This document shows, piece after piece, positions 14,424 to 27,088 of a stretch of 64,000 nt of DNA. The notes below the pieces were generated by a model. It had not been told where the DNA came from, did not search any database, and saw nothing but the letters and a program-made list of their open reading frames with translations. Made by a program: the position numbers and the translations under genes. The stretch comes from Paraspadella gotoi (Eukaryota > Animalia > Chaetognatha): positions 15,921,528-15,985,527 of the forward strand of contig CM119268.1 of the NCBI GenBank assembly GCA_051294375.1. The letters run 5' to 3'. How positions within the stretch are numbered: position 1 is the stretch's first letter; each line of letters begins with the position of its first letter.

Positions 14424-15349
14424 ATTCTCTGTCTCGTCTCGAGACATTTGAAAGCGTCTTTAGCCTTTTCATTTTCTTTCTTTCCCCGTTGAAGAGTTAC
14501 GAAGATACTAAGATGCATCTTTTCTCTCTGTGTGTCTCTCGCTCGCTCGCTCGCTCGCTCGCCCGCTCGTTCTTCCTATTATCTAATTAGCGTCTTCTAA
14601 CTCATTCTTAATGAGGTTCTATAACTTAATTTTCCCCCCTCAGATTCCTGAGAAACATAAACCTGTCTCTTTTTCTTCTTAATAAGGCCCTTAAACTTTA
14701 TATATCTCCTTCTATTTTTAGTTTCTATCTTAATTTATTTTTTTCTTGAGTTTTTTACTTCTTTCGTAGATTGACATTTATCCAATTGTTAAACAATTTA
14801 TTTTTCTCTTTTAAAAAAAAAGTTTACGGAGGTTAGGGCAGTTTTGGACAGTAGGAGTAAAGGAAGATAAGTTTTAGTAATAAAATATTGTCGGGATGCC
14901 GAAAAAAATGTTTCTATGAAATATTTTGAAATGTCTGGTAATACTGAGAATTGAGAAATCTAGCAATCGGCAGCTCCCATAAGTTTTGTGACGGGACTTT
15001 GTGATTTCAAAACCAATATTTTTTATCAGAAGTTCACGAACTCGGGGGAATAGCCCGGGGGGAATTTCAAGAAAATCTAGGGTCGAAAGAATGTCTTTAT
15101 TCCAATTAGCACAAGAATTTCTACAGGTTACAAATTATCTTTATAATTGGCAAAAAAATTAAGAAGAAAGATTATTTTGAAAATATAAAAAAAAAGCTTT
15201 TAAAAATATAGACGACAGAGATGGGACCCGCCGGCTGTAAATTTAGCATTTGTAGGAAAAAAAAATACTCATAACTTCCTTAACCAGAAACGACCTGATG
15301 CTCTCTGCTCTCTCTCTCTCCCTCTTCTCTCTCCTCTCTCTCTTCTCTC

Positions 15350-15380
<31 letters not shown>

Positions 15381-15928
15381 CGTCTACTCCTCTCTGCTCT
15401 CCGGTTATGAAAAGAGGAAAATTGGATGAAAAGAGTTTTTGAACGGGAGTCGCAAGACGTCGTGTGCCACTTTTCCTTTTCACGTGATCCTTTTTCCTTT
15501 CTTTTTTTTATCCTTTATTTTTCTATTTTCCTTTTTCTTTTTCTCTCTTTTCTGCGATCGAGACCAAAAGCCCCGAGGGCGAAGAACCTCGGTCACCTCT
15601 CCGGGCCATTTTCCTTTTTTTTTTCTTTCTTTCTTTTTTTCGAGACCGGATTTTTTACTTTTCCTTTTTTTTCTCTTTTATCTTTTTTCTTTCAGTTTTC
15701 GTCTTAATTCTCGTCTCACAGACATTTTTTGGGTCAGTCGGAAAACCTTTAAGAAGTGAACTCCTTCTCTCTTAGTCTCTTATTCTACTTTTTTTTTTCT
15801 TTATTTCATTTCTTTTTATATTTCTTTCTTCATCTTTCTTTCTTTATTCATCTTTCTTTCTTCATCCTTCTTTTTTTCTTCATCCTTCTTTCTTTCTTTC
15901 TTTCTTCATCTTTCCTTCTTTCTTTTTT

Positions 15929-16000
<72 letters not shown>

Positions 16001-16510
16001 TTTTTCTTTTTTTTTATTTCTTCATCTTTCCTTCTTTCTTTCTTTCTTTCTTTTTTTCTTTCCTTCTTTACCTCTCCTCTTTTTTTCTTTCTTTATACAG
16101 AGGTTAAAAACTTCGCGTTTCTTTTAAAGTTTCCGGTGAAAATATTTCCGAAACTAAATTAATAGATACAATAACCTAAAATTAAAAGATTAAAAATAAG
16201 AATCGAAATTTTTTTTATCCTTTGACAGACGATTCTCTCGATTCGAGCGCAACCAGTTCTACGTGCCGGGCACAATGCAAAAGACCGAAAGCGGACAGAA
16301 TCGCGCCCGACAAGAATGCCCGACACAATGCCCGTTCGCCGGAGAATGCCTCGGACAGAGAAATATCGGCGCGCGTCTGCAACGGACGACGCCGTTCCTT
16401 GTCGGACCCCGCGATCTCCGCCCATCAGTATTTGCCCTCGATCGAGAATTTGAAAAAAAAAAAAGGTTTAAAAAGAAGGAAAAGAATTAAAGGGATGGAA
16501 GAGAGAGGAG

Positions 16511-16548
<38 letters not shown>

Positions 16549-18304
16549 GAACGAAGAGAGAGAGAGAGAGAGTCTCGTTTTATCTCTGCGCGGCCGAGAA
16601 AGAAGAAGCCCTACTCTTTTTTCTTCTGAACGCATTTGTCCATTTTCCGATTTTTTCGAAAAGAAAAAAAAAAAGAAATTTGTGTGCTTGGAAGATGGGG
16701 GGGAGAGAAGGGGTTGGAGGCGAGAGAGAGGACGAGGGAGAGGGGGGGTGATGGATGGAAAAGGGATAATAAAGAGGAAGGAGGAGAAGAAGGGGGGGGG
16801 GAGTTCAGATATCTCCTTTTCTTCGGATTTTTTCTTTGAAAAATTTTTATTCTTTTTTAATTTTTTCTTCGTCGTTTTGAGGCTTTAGCCTTTTTTTTTT
16901 CGCGCGCAGACGGTCGATGGTCCGGCCAACGTGCGAGTCGTCTTTCCAGCTGGTGGAAGATTTGAGTTGGAAGGTGGAATCGGAATGGAATTGTGAGATC
17001 AGAGTGGACAAAGTTTAAGGAGGCGTAATGCAATGTAGACTTTATTGTTAAAAATCGTGTTTGACTCTAACAAAATTCGCTAAAGATTATATGTGACGTT
17101 TCTCGTGACCCAAAAAATATCAATTTCGAATATATTTCTCTATTATCTCCTTAATCCGTCTACCCGACCGTGAGTCCCGTGTCTCCACTTTGCTAAACTA
17201 AAGAAAATACAAGCAATTTTCTTGTCATCGATAATTTTAGAGTCAAATTCGATTTTTAACGAGAAGTTTATTAGATTATGATACCTAAAGGAGAGAAAAT
17301 TGGGAAAGTAACATTTTGTTTTTTTTTTCTTCCGATTCGCAACTTGTCCGTCGGTAACTTACTTACTTACTTACTTACTTACTAACTTACTTACTAACAA
17401 AAGTCTAACTGAATTAAATTGAATGAAGGTAAACCCACTTCGGATTTTTACATACACGTATGTATATGGCTTAAGAAATTAGTAGAAGGGTAGAAATTTC
17501 CTTACTTTTTTTCATGTTTTGCTAGAAAAATCACCGTACGTTGTACGTACGTACAGATAATTGCTGATTTTTGACCAATCAAATGTAATTTTCATTCCAC
17601 AGCCGATTTTTTTTTCTCCTTTCCCGTTTGTATCAATCTACTTGGCTAATTCAGTTTACGGAGAAATTAGATGTTATTTTTTTTTTAAATCACAACCTTA
17701 GCCTTAGGCTTGGCATTTAACCAAAGCACGACAACTTCTTTTTTTTTTTTCCTGAAAAATATTTCTTTTAATTGCATTCCGGGTGAATGATTTCTTTGTA
17801 CTTTGCTTATTAAGGAAATTATCTCAAACGAAGTAAAAATAAGACGAACGTAGTAGAAAAACATGGAGAAAAAAAATGTTTAATACCTGCTACGTAATCT
17901 TATTAAAATACTCCGATGACAACTGACAATCGGAAAATACAAGCCTGATTTTCTTAACGAGTTAAAAACGGGAGAAAGTGAAAGAGAGAGAGAAAAAAAA
18001 GGTTATTTAATTCGATTACTACTTTTTTTCTTTTCGTATCTAAAAAAAAAAAAAAAAAAGGAAAAAACGGAGATAATTTCGATAAAAAAGACAAATTAGC
18101 GGAAAAGAAACGCGGAGTCAAAAAGACAAGATAAACGATTCCGTACAAACGAAATTCCTTCTACGAAAAAAAAAGGAAAAAAAAGTAAATATGTCTGCTC
18201 TGATTTTTTTTCTCCCCTCCCGGTCTTCGACTTTTCCCCCCTTTAGACAACAACAACGAAAACGAGCCACCCAAAAAAAAGAGACGAAAGGGACGAGAGG
18301 AGAC

Positions 18305-18338
<34 letters not shown>

Positions 18339-20899
18339 TCTAGGCGGTTTCGTGTGACGCCAGGGTCGTCGATGAGAAAAATATCTCACTGTGAGATTGT
18401 GAATCGAGAAGGAAAAGCGAGAGAGAGAGAGAGATAATGTACATATATAAGCTCACGGAGAGCACAAGGGGAGAGTGAGAGAGAGACAGAGTGTAAGTTT
18501 ATGTGTCACGCAAAGACGATTTTCACCAAAACCCCAAGACAAAAAAACGCCGGCGCCAACATGAAAGAAATCGTGACGTGAAGTCGACGAGGAAAAAAAA
18601 ACATTTATATTTTTTTATTAAAAAAAAGTAAAGTAATAAAAATTGATTAGTCGTCGATTAATTCGAAGACTCGAGTCGCTTATGTATAACACGAGTGACA
18701 TGATTATGTTATTCGAAGAAAAAGGAAACTCTTGAATTAATCGAGTCAAGAAAGTTGTTTCGTTTTTCGCCTTTCGCCCTACAGAGATATACATAATATT
18801 TAGACTAAGTTTTTTTTATTTTTCATTTTGAATTTTTGCTCGCGTTTGCTTATATTTAAAACATAAGTTTAACCATACTTTATTCGTCTTTTTAATAGTA
18901 CTGATCCCCTTTAGTTAAATGGTTTTAGCCATAGTTTTTTTTCGTAGTCTGTCCCATTGATTAAATCTTTTTCTCAACGTCTCTTCTGCCTCATTTTCTT
19001 TCTTTTCTTTTTCCATCTTTTCTTTTTTTTTTCCACATATGAACATCGAGGAACCATTTTTTTCTCTCGCCACTGAGTCATCATCATTATCGTCTTGATC
19101 AGCGGAGGACGTGGAGGAAAACGAAGAGGAAGACGAGAACAACAACAACGACGACAGCATCAATTGCCAATGGGAGGCGGAAAGTGAGCGAATTTCGTTT
19201 TAATCAAGTCGGTTTTCAGTAATCGGCGAATGTTACTCACCTCAAAAAGGCGATGGTTTCAACGAAAAGTGGAAGAAAAAACCGGAAGCCGAATGAAAGG
19301 TAAGGTAAAGTAAGTAAGAGTTCAAGGTAAGTGACGAAAGGCTAATATGGAGGAGAAAGGGAAGCAGGAGACAAAGAGGAGCGGATGAGTACAGAAAGAG
19401 GAAGATCGGAAGGTAAAAGTGAAAGTCTTAAGAAAATCCTGACCACACGCGATTCCACCGAGAGGCATTAAAGAGGAGGAGGAGGAGGAAGAGGACGAGG
19501 AGGATGAACCTGGATAGACGGAAGAAGAACGAGGCTTTGAAGGACAGGTGCGGATCAAGACGAAGAAGACCCCGACGACAATGACGAGCTGAAGGGCGTC
19601 GATGATAACGACGACAATAAAAAGATCGAAACAAGAAAATATAAGTTGAATCTCAATTTTTTTTTTTTTTTGCTTCCGGAGAAATCAGCGGCCCGAGTCA
19701 GAAAAAATGGGACAAAGATGACGGATGAAAATGAGCGACGAAAATGGAAGAGTCTTTTTATTTTTTAAAGTTAAAGATTTTCGGGTCGAATGAGCAAAAT
19801 ACTTGAGGATGTTGTACTGAGTGGAACGGAGAGGTTCGGTGTTCTAGAGGAAATGGATGGAGTTCTCCCATGGGGGTTGGGAGAATAAATTAAGAATGGG
19901 TTCAGTAATTTAGATTAGTTTTTTTTCTCTCGCAATATGTATATTCTTAAATTCTCTCGCTCTCTCTCCTGGTCGGTATGTCTGTCTCTCAGTTTTTCTG
20001 ACTCTCTCTCTTTTCTTTCGTGACGAAAACTGTAAAATTAAGAAGGTAAAAAACAGAGAAAACCCAAAGAGATTCAAGAAAAATAAATTTGGAAGAAAAT
20101 TAGACGAAGAAAAAAAAAGGAAAGAAAGAAAAGGAGTAAGAATAAAATTAAAGGAGGAAAAAAGGAAAGAAAGAGAAGACAAAGAGAGAATTGAGCCACA
20201 CGAAAGAATCGATAGGCCGAATTCTGGGGAGGAGAGATAAGAGAAAAAAGAACCAGAAAGGTAAACAATGCAGCCAAACTTTGACGCTTTATTAATCATT
20301 ATTATTAACTTTTTATTGTTGTCAAAATTACTATGGGAATATATTTTTTCTAATCTAAAAATTAAAAAGTAATAGAATTATAATTTCGTTTTTAAAAAGC
20401 TTGTTTTTAGTTTATTAGAATTTTTTTTTAAATCTACAAACACTTTATAAAGATTTTTTACTATAAAAACAATTTTACATTTAGAATTACACAAATACGA
20501 TTTATAGTAGTAATAAAAATTATGTGATAATAAGATGCGTCGCTGCATCAAAAAAAAAAAAAGAGAAAAGGAAAAAAAAAAAAGAAACTGAAGATAAGGG
20601 ACCCTTAGAGAAACCGCTAAATTAAGAAGATGGAGAAGGAGGAGGAGGAGGAGGAGGAGGAGGAGAAGATATGGGGAGGGTAAGGACTGCGGGGAGGGTA
20701 AGGAGGAAGAGGTGAGGGAGAAGAAAGAAGTAAGGGACGAAAGTCGCAAAGGAAAGAAAACGGAGAGAAGACATGAAAAGTAAATGAACAAAGGCGCCTT
20801 TGACGAAGAAGATGGAGACGGAAGAACACGAGAGAGAGAATAAAGACAGAGAGAGGATGGAGAGAGAGAGAGAGAGGAAAGCCCGAGAGAGAGAGAGCC

Positions 20900-20963
<64 letters not shown>

Positions 20964-21538
20964 AGAGCGCGTAAAGGTCGCGACTTGAAGGAATAAAGAA
21001 GGTCCACCCCATCGCGTTCTGCCGCAATTTCGAAAAAAAAAAATTGAGGACCAGGGGACTGACTCGCTGCCGCTGGGGTGCTGGGAGTGTGATGGAAGTG
21101 CTGGGGCTGCTCGGGCGATTGCACTTACAAGAACATGCAGCTTAAGGAGATGATAAGAAACAATAGTTTGAGAAAAATCTGGGAGAAAAAGGAGAAATGG
21201 TAAGACAAGGCAGTAGACGTGCAAGGACCAAAAAAAGATACTAAAAAAAACCGACTTTGCAATAGTTATGATAAAATGTAAAAATATTAATCGTTTTAAA
21301 TGATGTAATCGATCTATTGCGGGGAGTGAGAATACGTCACCCAATAAAAAGTTAAATCCCATGACTAACAACAACCGCAATGTCACGATGAACTTTGAAA
21401 GGAAAAATAAGAAGACGAACGACGAAGACGACGACGAAGACGACGACGAAGACGACGACGAAGACGACGACGAAAGAAGAGGGAAGACTCCTTCGAATCC
21501 CAAGACATGATGAGTAAGAGACGGACATCCTTCAATGA

Positions 21539-21647
<109 letters not shown>

Positions 21648-22201
21648 ATGCATCATGCTAAAAGAAAATTCAAGGATAAAAGAAGAGGATCGTCTCAAGC
21701 GTTTTTCGAGGAGAGAAGGAAGAGGGAAGAGGAAATGAGGGTGACCATCGGCTCTCGTCTCTTTCGCATGTCGTTGGAGTTTTCAGGGAGGTTAGGGAGA
21801 GTGGTTAAAGACATCAATATCTTATGGTGGTTATATGGGTGGACGTTGGGTGCCGAATGGTGGGAGCTTGAACGAAGGGATAGAGTGGGGAGAAAACGCG
21901 ATGCCATTGTGGACACGGAGGGTGGGGGGAGAGAGGGAGGAAGAAACAACAACAACAACAACAATACGTTGGTCGAGGTTTTTTTTTTTAATTAAAGATG
22001 GATTGAAAAAGGGAAAAAATTTCCGTCTTTCTCTTTCCCTCTCTCCGCGCTTCTGCAATGCCAACGACTCTGAGGAGAAACGAAGAGAAAGAAGGATGGA
22101 CAGAAGAAATGCAATGCAATGCAAGGCGATGCACAACGCTGGACAAGAGAGTCAGGGGGCTGGGGGAGAGGGGGATGCTGTGTGTGAGCTAGAGAGAGAA
22201 T

Positions 22202-22275
<74 letters not shown>

Positions 22276-22508
22276 AGCACAAGGGATTCCCTTATTTTAA
22301 TTTTTATTTCCTTCTTTTTTCTCCTTTTTTTTTCTCTTGGAAGAAGGGAGCAGCCGACCGCGAAGAGAGGACGAGTTCGATCCTAATGTGACAATGAAGG
22401 ATGACGAGGATGGAAAGAAGAAAAGAAAGAAAGAAAAGAAAAGAGAAAAGGATAGAAAGATAGAAACAAAGAAAAAGCAAAGAAATAAAGAAGAGAAGAA
22501 AACAAGAT

Positions 22509-22509
22509 A

Positions 22510-22585
<76 letters not shown>

Positions 22586-22589
22586 AAAA

Positions 22590-22632
<43 letters not shown>
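22509..22632. repeat. (AAAG)n microsatellite
   Basis: Directly visible tetranucleotide array. Confidence 0.95.
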
Positions 22633-23505
22633 TGGGCAGATAAAAAGCGGGATCACGGAAGGATGGGTAAAAGAGAAGACAAGGATGGGCACGCCTGATG
22701 AGACTTAGCTTAGCGGCTTCGAGGTGGATGAACGTAAAGAAAAGAAAAACAAAGAAAAAAATGAAAAAAGAAAGAGAAAAAAAGAAAGAAAAACGAAACA
22801 AAAGAATAAAGAAAAAAGAGAAAAAAATAATTAGAAAAAAAACTGGAAGAATCTAAGAAAAAAAAACTGAGCCAAGGAATTGTCGGCGTCGTCGGCACTG
22901 GACCATTGAGGATGNNNNNNNNNNNNNNNNNNNNNNNNNNNNNNNNNNNNNNNNNNNNNNNNNNNNNNNNNNNNNNNNNNNNNNNNNNNNNNNNNNNNNN
23001 NNNNNNNNNNNNNNNNNNNNNNNNNNNNNNNNNNNNNNNNNNNNNNNNNNNNNNNNNNNNNNNNNNNNNNNNNNNNNNNNNNTATATATTATTTTTTTTA
23101 AGTAATAACCTCTATAACTGACTAGACAGAGTCTGTTGTGCAGAAATATCTCCGAGAAATAAGACTTTGACTGAGATGATTACGACTGACTGACTTAGCC
23201 CATATTTTCATTGGGCCCCCAAAAAGATTTTGGGTCAAAATCGAATATTTGCCGCCAAAAATTTTTTGGGCTTTTTTTTATTCTTGCGACTTCGGAGTCG
23301 CTATGGAGACNNNNNNNNNNNNNNNNNNNNNNNNNNNNNNNNNNNNNNNNNNNNNNNNNNNNNNNNNNNNNNNNNNNNNNNNNNNNNNNNNNNNNNNNNN
23401 NNNNNNNNNNNNNNNNNNNNNNNNNNNNNNNNNNNNNNNNNNNNNNNNNNNNNNNNNNNNNNNNNNNNNNNNNNNNNNNNNNNNNNNNNNNNNNNNNNNN
23501 NNNNN

Positions 23506-23539
<34 letters not shown>

Positions 23540-24420
23540 ATTTTGTCCCAAAAATTTTAAGATAATGCGAGGACGTTGTTTTTGGAGATTGAATAGAAAG
23601 CTCATTTCTCTCGCTTTACTAATACCCGTCGCTCTTGTCTCTCTTCTCTTGCCGCTCCGTCTCTCTCTCTCTCTCTCTCTCGCTCTATTTTTCTCTCTCT
23701 CTGCTTCTCTCTTTCTCTCAATCGATAAGACGTGGAAAAGAAAAACCTTAAGACCAGCTGTTTAATTTAGTCGTTAAATAATATCTGGAATGATAAATCG
23801 ATCTAAAAGTAGAAGAAATAACTTTTATCAATCCGAGAATGTAGTGCTCAAAAAATATTTTAACGAAGTTGAATAAAAATTAAACAAAAGAACTAGTTAC
23901 TTGCAGTTTTTTTTTAATTTTCTGAAACGATGTTTTTATAACTTAAAATCTTTATATGAAAAACATGATCTGTAATGCATCATATATTTCATTATATTTT
24001 ATAGTTAGTTATTTCTTTATTAGTTTAATTTTCCCCGCCAAATTCTTTTTACCACATTTGGTCAACGGCCAAACATTGTTCTATTTTCAAATTTCTATTT
24101 AAAAAAAATTGAAAATGTTATATTATCTATTGGGAAGAAAAAAATGGCCAAAAACTCTAAAAAAGAAAAATACAAAAGTCAAAAGAAAAGAAGAATAACC
24201 GAAAACCTAAACAGAGGATAAAGAGGAGAAAAAAAGACTAGAAAAAAAAATAGATAAATAGTTAGAAAAGAGAGAGTAAGAAGTGAAATGATAGTGAGAG
24301 CGAGAGCAAGAGTGAGAGCGAGAGAGAAAGAGCGAGAGGTGGCCATGGGACTCGGTGAACGCTGAGGCTGGAGGGGGCGAAGAAGACGGATTGCTTGCAA
24401 GCGTAAGGAGGACCGTCAAT

Positions 24421-24485
<65 letters not shown>

Positions 24486-26047
24486 TTTCCTTCGACTCGC
24501 CGCTCCGTCGATGCCAAGAGCCAAGAAAAAATGTTAATCCGAATAAGAAAAGGTTTTCCTCTGGGTTTATATTGCGANNNNNNNNNNNNNNNNNNNNNNN
24601 NNNNNNNNNNNNNNNNNNNNNNNNNNNNNNNNNNNNNNNNNNNNNNNNNNNNNNNNNNNNNNNNNNNNNNNNNNNNNNNNNNNNNNNNNNNNNNNNNNNN
24701 NNNNNNNNNNNNNNNNNNNNNNNNNNNNNNNNNNNNNNNNNNNNNNNNNNNNNNNNNNNNNNNNNNNNNNNNNNNNNNNNNNNNNNNNNNNNNNNNNNNN
24801 NNNNNNNNNNNNNNNNNNNNGAATGAGGGTCGGGGTTGATGGACGAGCCAAGGACGTCGACACATCTGTCGCCTTCGCTATGAAGAGCCTTTCCTATTTT
24901 ATCTTTCATATTACGTCTAGAATTCAAAAGGAAATATTTTTTTTTTACTTCCTCCGATTCCTATTTCTTATTTCCTTCTTTTCTTCTTTTTTTTTCATCT
25001 TTCACTTTTTCTCCTTTTGATAACTTTACTTTCTTCTTTCTTCATCCCTCCCCTTTCGTTCTCCACAACGAGCGACGCTGAGGTTTGAATGAAAAAAGAT
25101 TTTCCAATCATTACCTTTTTTTTCTTGGTTCTTTACCCCTCGGCCCCTCGGCCCCTCGACCCCGGAGGAAAGAAAGCAACGGTGAAAAACAGTTTTTTTT
25201 TCCTCTCTCTCTCTTTCTTTCTTTTTTTTTCGTTCTAGCTCATTCACGGCCAAAGAATAGAAGAAATAAAAAAAAAAGAGGAGAAAGAGAAGGAAGGAGA
25301 AGAAAAAAATGTTTCCCCTAAAAAGAAAAGATTATTTTTTTTCTTCGATATTCGAAAGAAAAGAAAAAAAAAGGAGGAAGGAAAAAAAAGGTATATGAGG
25401 ATTGAGAAATATCGTTATTAGGCAAAGACACGTAGATCGAGAGAGAGACAGAGAGAGAGAAGGAGAGAGAGAGCGGGAAGTTAAGAAAAAAAATTTCTTC
25501 TGTGCCTCGAGGGGTAAACGAGGGGCCCTTTTTTTCTCTTTTTTTTTNNNNNNNNNNNNNNNNNNNNNNNNNNNNNNNNNNNNNNNNNNNNNNNNNNNNN
25601 NNNNNNNNNNNNNNNNNNNNNNNNNNNNNNNNNNNNNNNNNNNNNNNNNNNNNNNNNNNNNNNNNNNNNNNNNNNNNNNNNNNNNNNNNNNNNNNNNNNN
25701 NNNNNNNNNNNNNNNNNNNNNNNNNNNNNNNNNNNNNNNNNNNNNNNNNNNNNNNNNNNNNNNAGAGAGAGATGGCCTTCTTTCTCTCTAAAATTTAAAA
25801 CCGATTTTGTAAAACCGCCAATATTTATTTTGCGTCTTCTTGCAATTAACAAAAAAATGAATAAAGAGTCATGATCATCAGTACACAAGTCAAGCCAACT
25901 CTATAGCCCTCTCTCCCCCCTTCCTTCATGAGTCCAAATACGTTTGCGAAAAAGTGTGAGAAAAATGTGAGAAAAAGTGTGAGATTGGGCAACGAGGTTC
26001 ACGCGGTCTTAAGTGCCCATAGACCGATGCACTTGACCTCGTGACTT

Positions 26048-26096
<49 letters not shown>

Positions 26097-26479
26097 TCGC
26101 CCGTTCGCGAGGAGGAGGAGGAGGAGAAGGAGGAGGAGGAGAATTGAGAAAGGAGATGGATGGACTAAGAAATGACCAAACTAATCACCTCCAAATTGAC
26201 CGAAAGGGTCGTGCACTGTCGAGCCTCTCTCGGGGGAAGGGGATCGGGGAGAAAAGGGGCAATGGGGGAATGGGGGAATGGGGGAATCGGAGCCGATGAA
26301 AGAAGGCGGTGGAGAAAATTGGGCGCCAGAAAACGGGGGTTGGATCGTGAGATGAGAACGAGGGAGAAATTGAGAAAAATCGACACTGACTTTCACCGAC
26401 CATAAGACCATAAGTCATAACGTAGAAGATGAAGAGAGAAAGGGTGATTTCTGAATTCACAACAATAGACGAGGAAGTA

Positions 26480-26601
<122 letters not shown>

Positions 26602-27045
26602 TGAGTTGATCTCAAGCAAGATTGATTGACTGTTTATTATTAATCTACCAGAAACAACAAATACAATAATTTTAATCGCGCCTTTTTTGACTGGAGCTAA
26701 GGAATTCCGTTTAAAACGCCAATTTCTTTATAAAACTTTAGCGCCTTAGATACCTTAATACCTCCGAAAAAAAAATTCAATTGTAAACTATTACTAAGCA
26801 GAAAATTCTAGTCCTTCTTTCTTATTGCCAACGACTCCCTATTGAATGGAACGGTTTGAAAAACCACTGCGATACTGTCGACGTTTCAGGAAAACGTTAT
26901 CAATGTAATGATGGATCGTTGTCGGTATTTAAGTAGTCGTCGTCGTCGTCGTCGTCGTCGTCGTCTTTCTAAAAAAAATAAAAGCCAAGGCGTCGTCCTT
27001 CGAAGGCGGTTGACCGGAAGAAATCAGAAAGGGGATTAATTCCCA

Positions 27046-27088
<43 letters not shown>

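Noticed and set aside
16880-17025. U12 branch-like CCTCCTTAAAC..TCCAC on the minus strand as the AT-AC acceptor
   Set aside because: The branch site is imperfect, and the following frame (SDLTIPFRF..) does not match the homeodomain start and soon reaches a stop.
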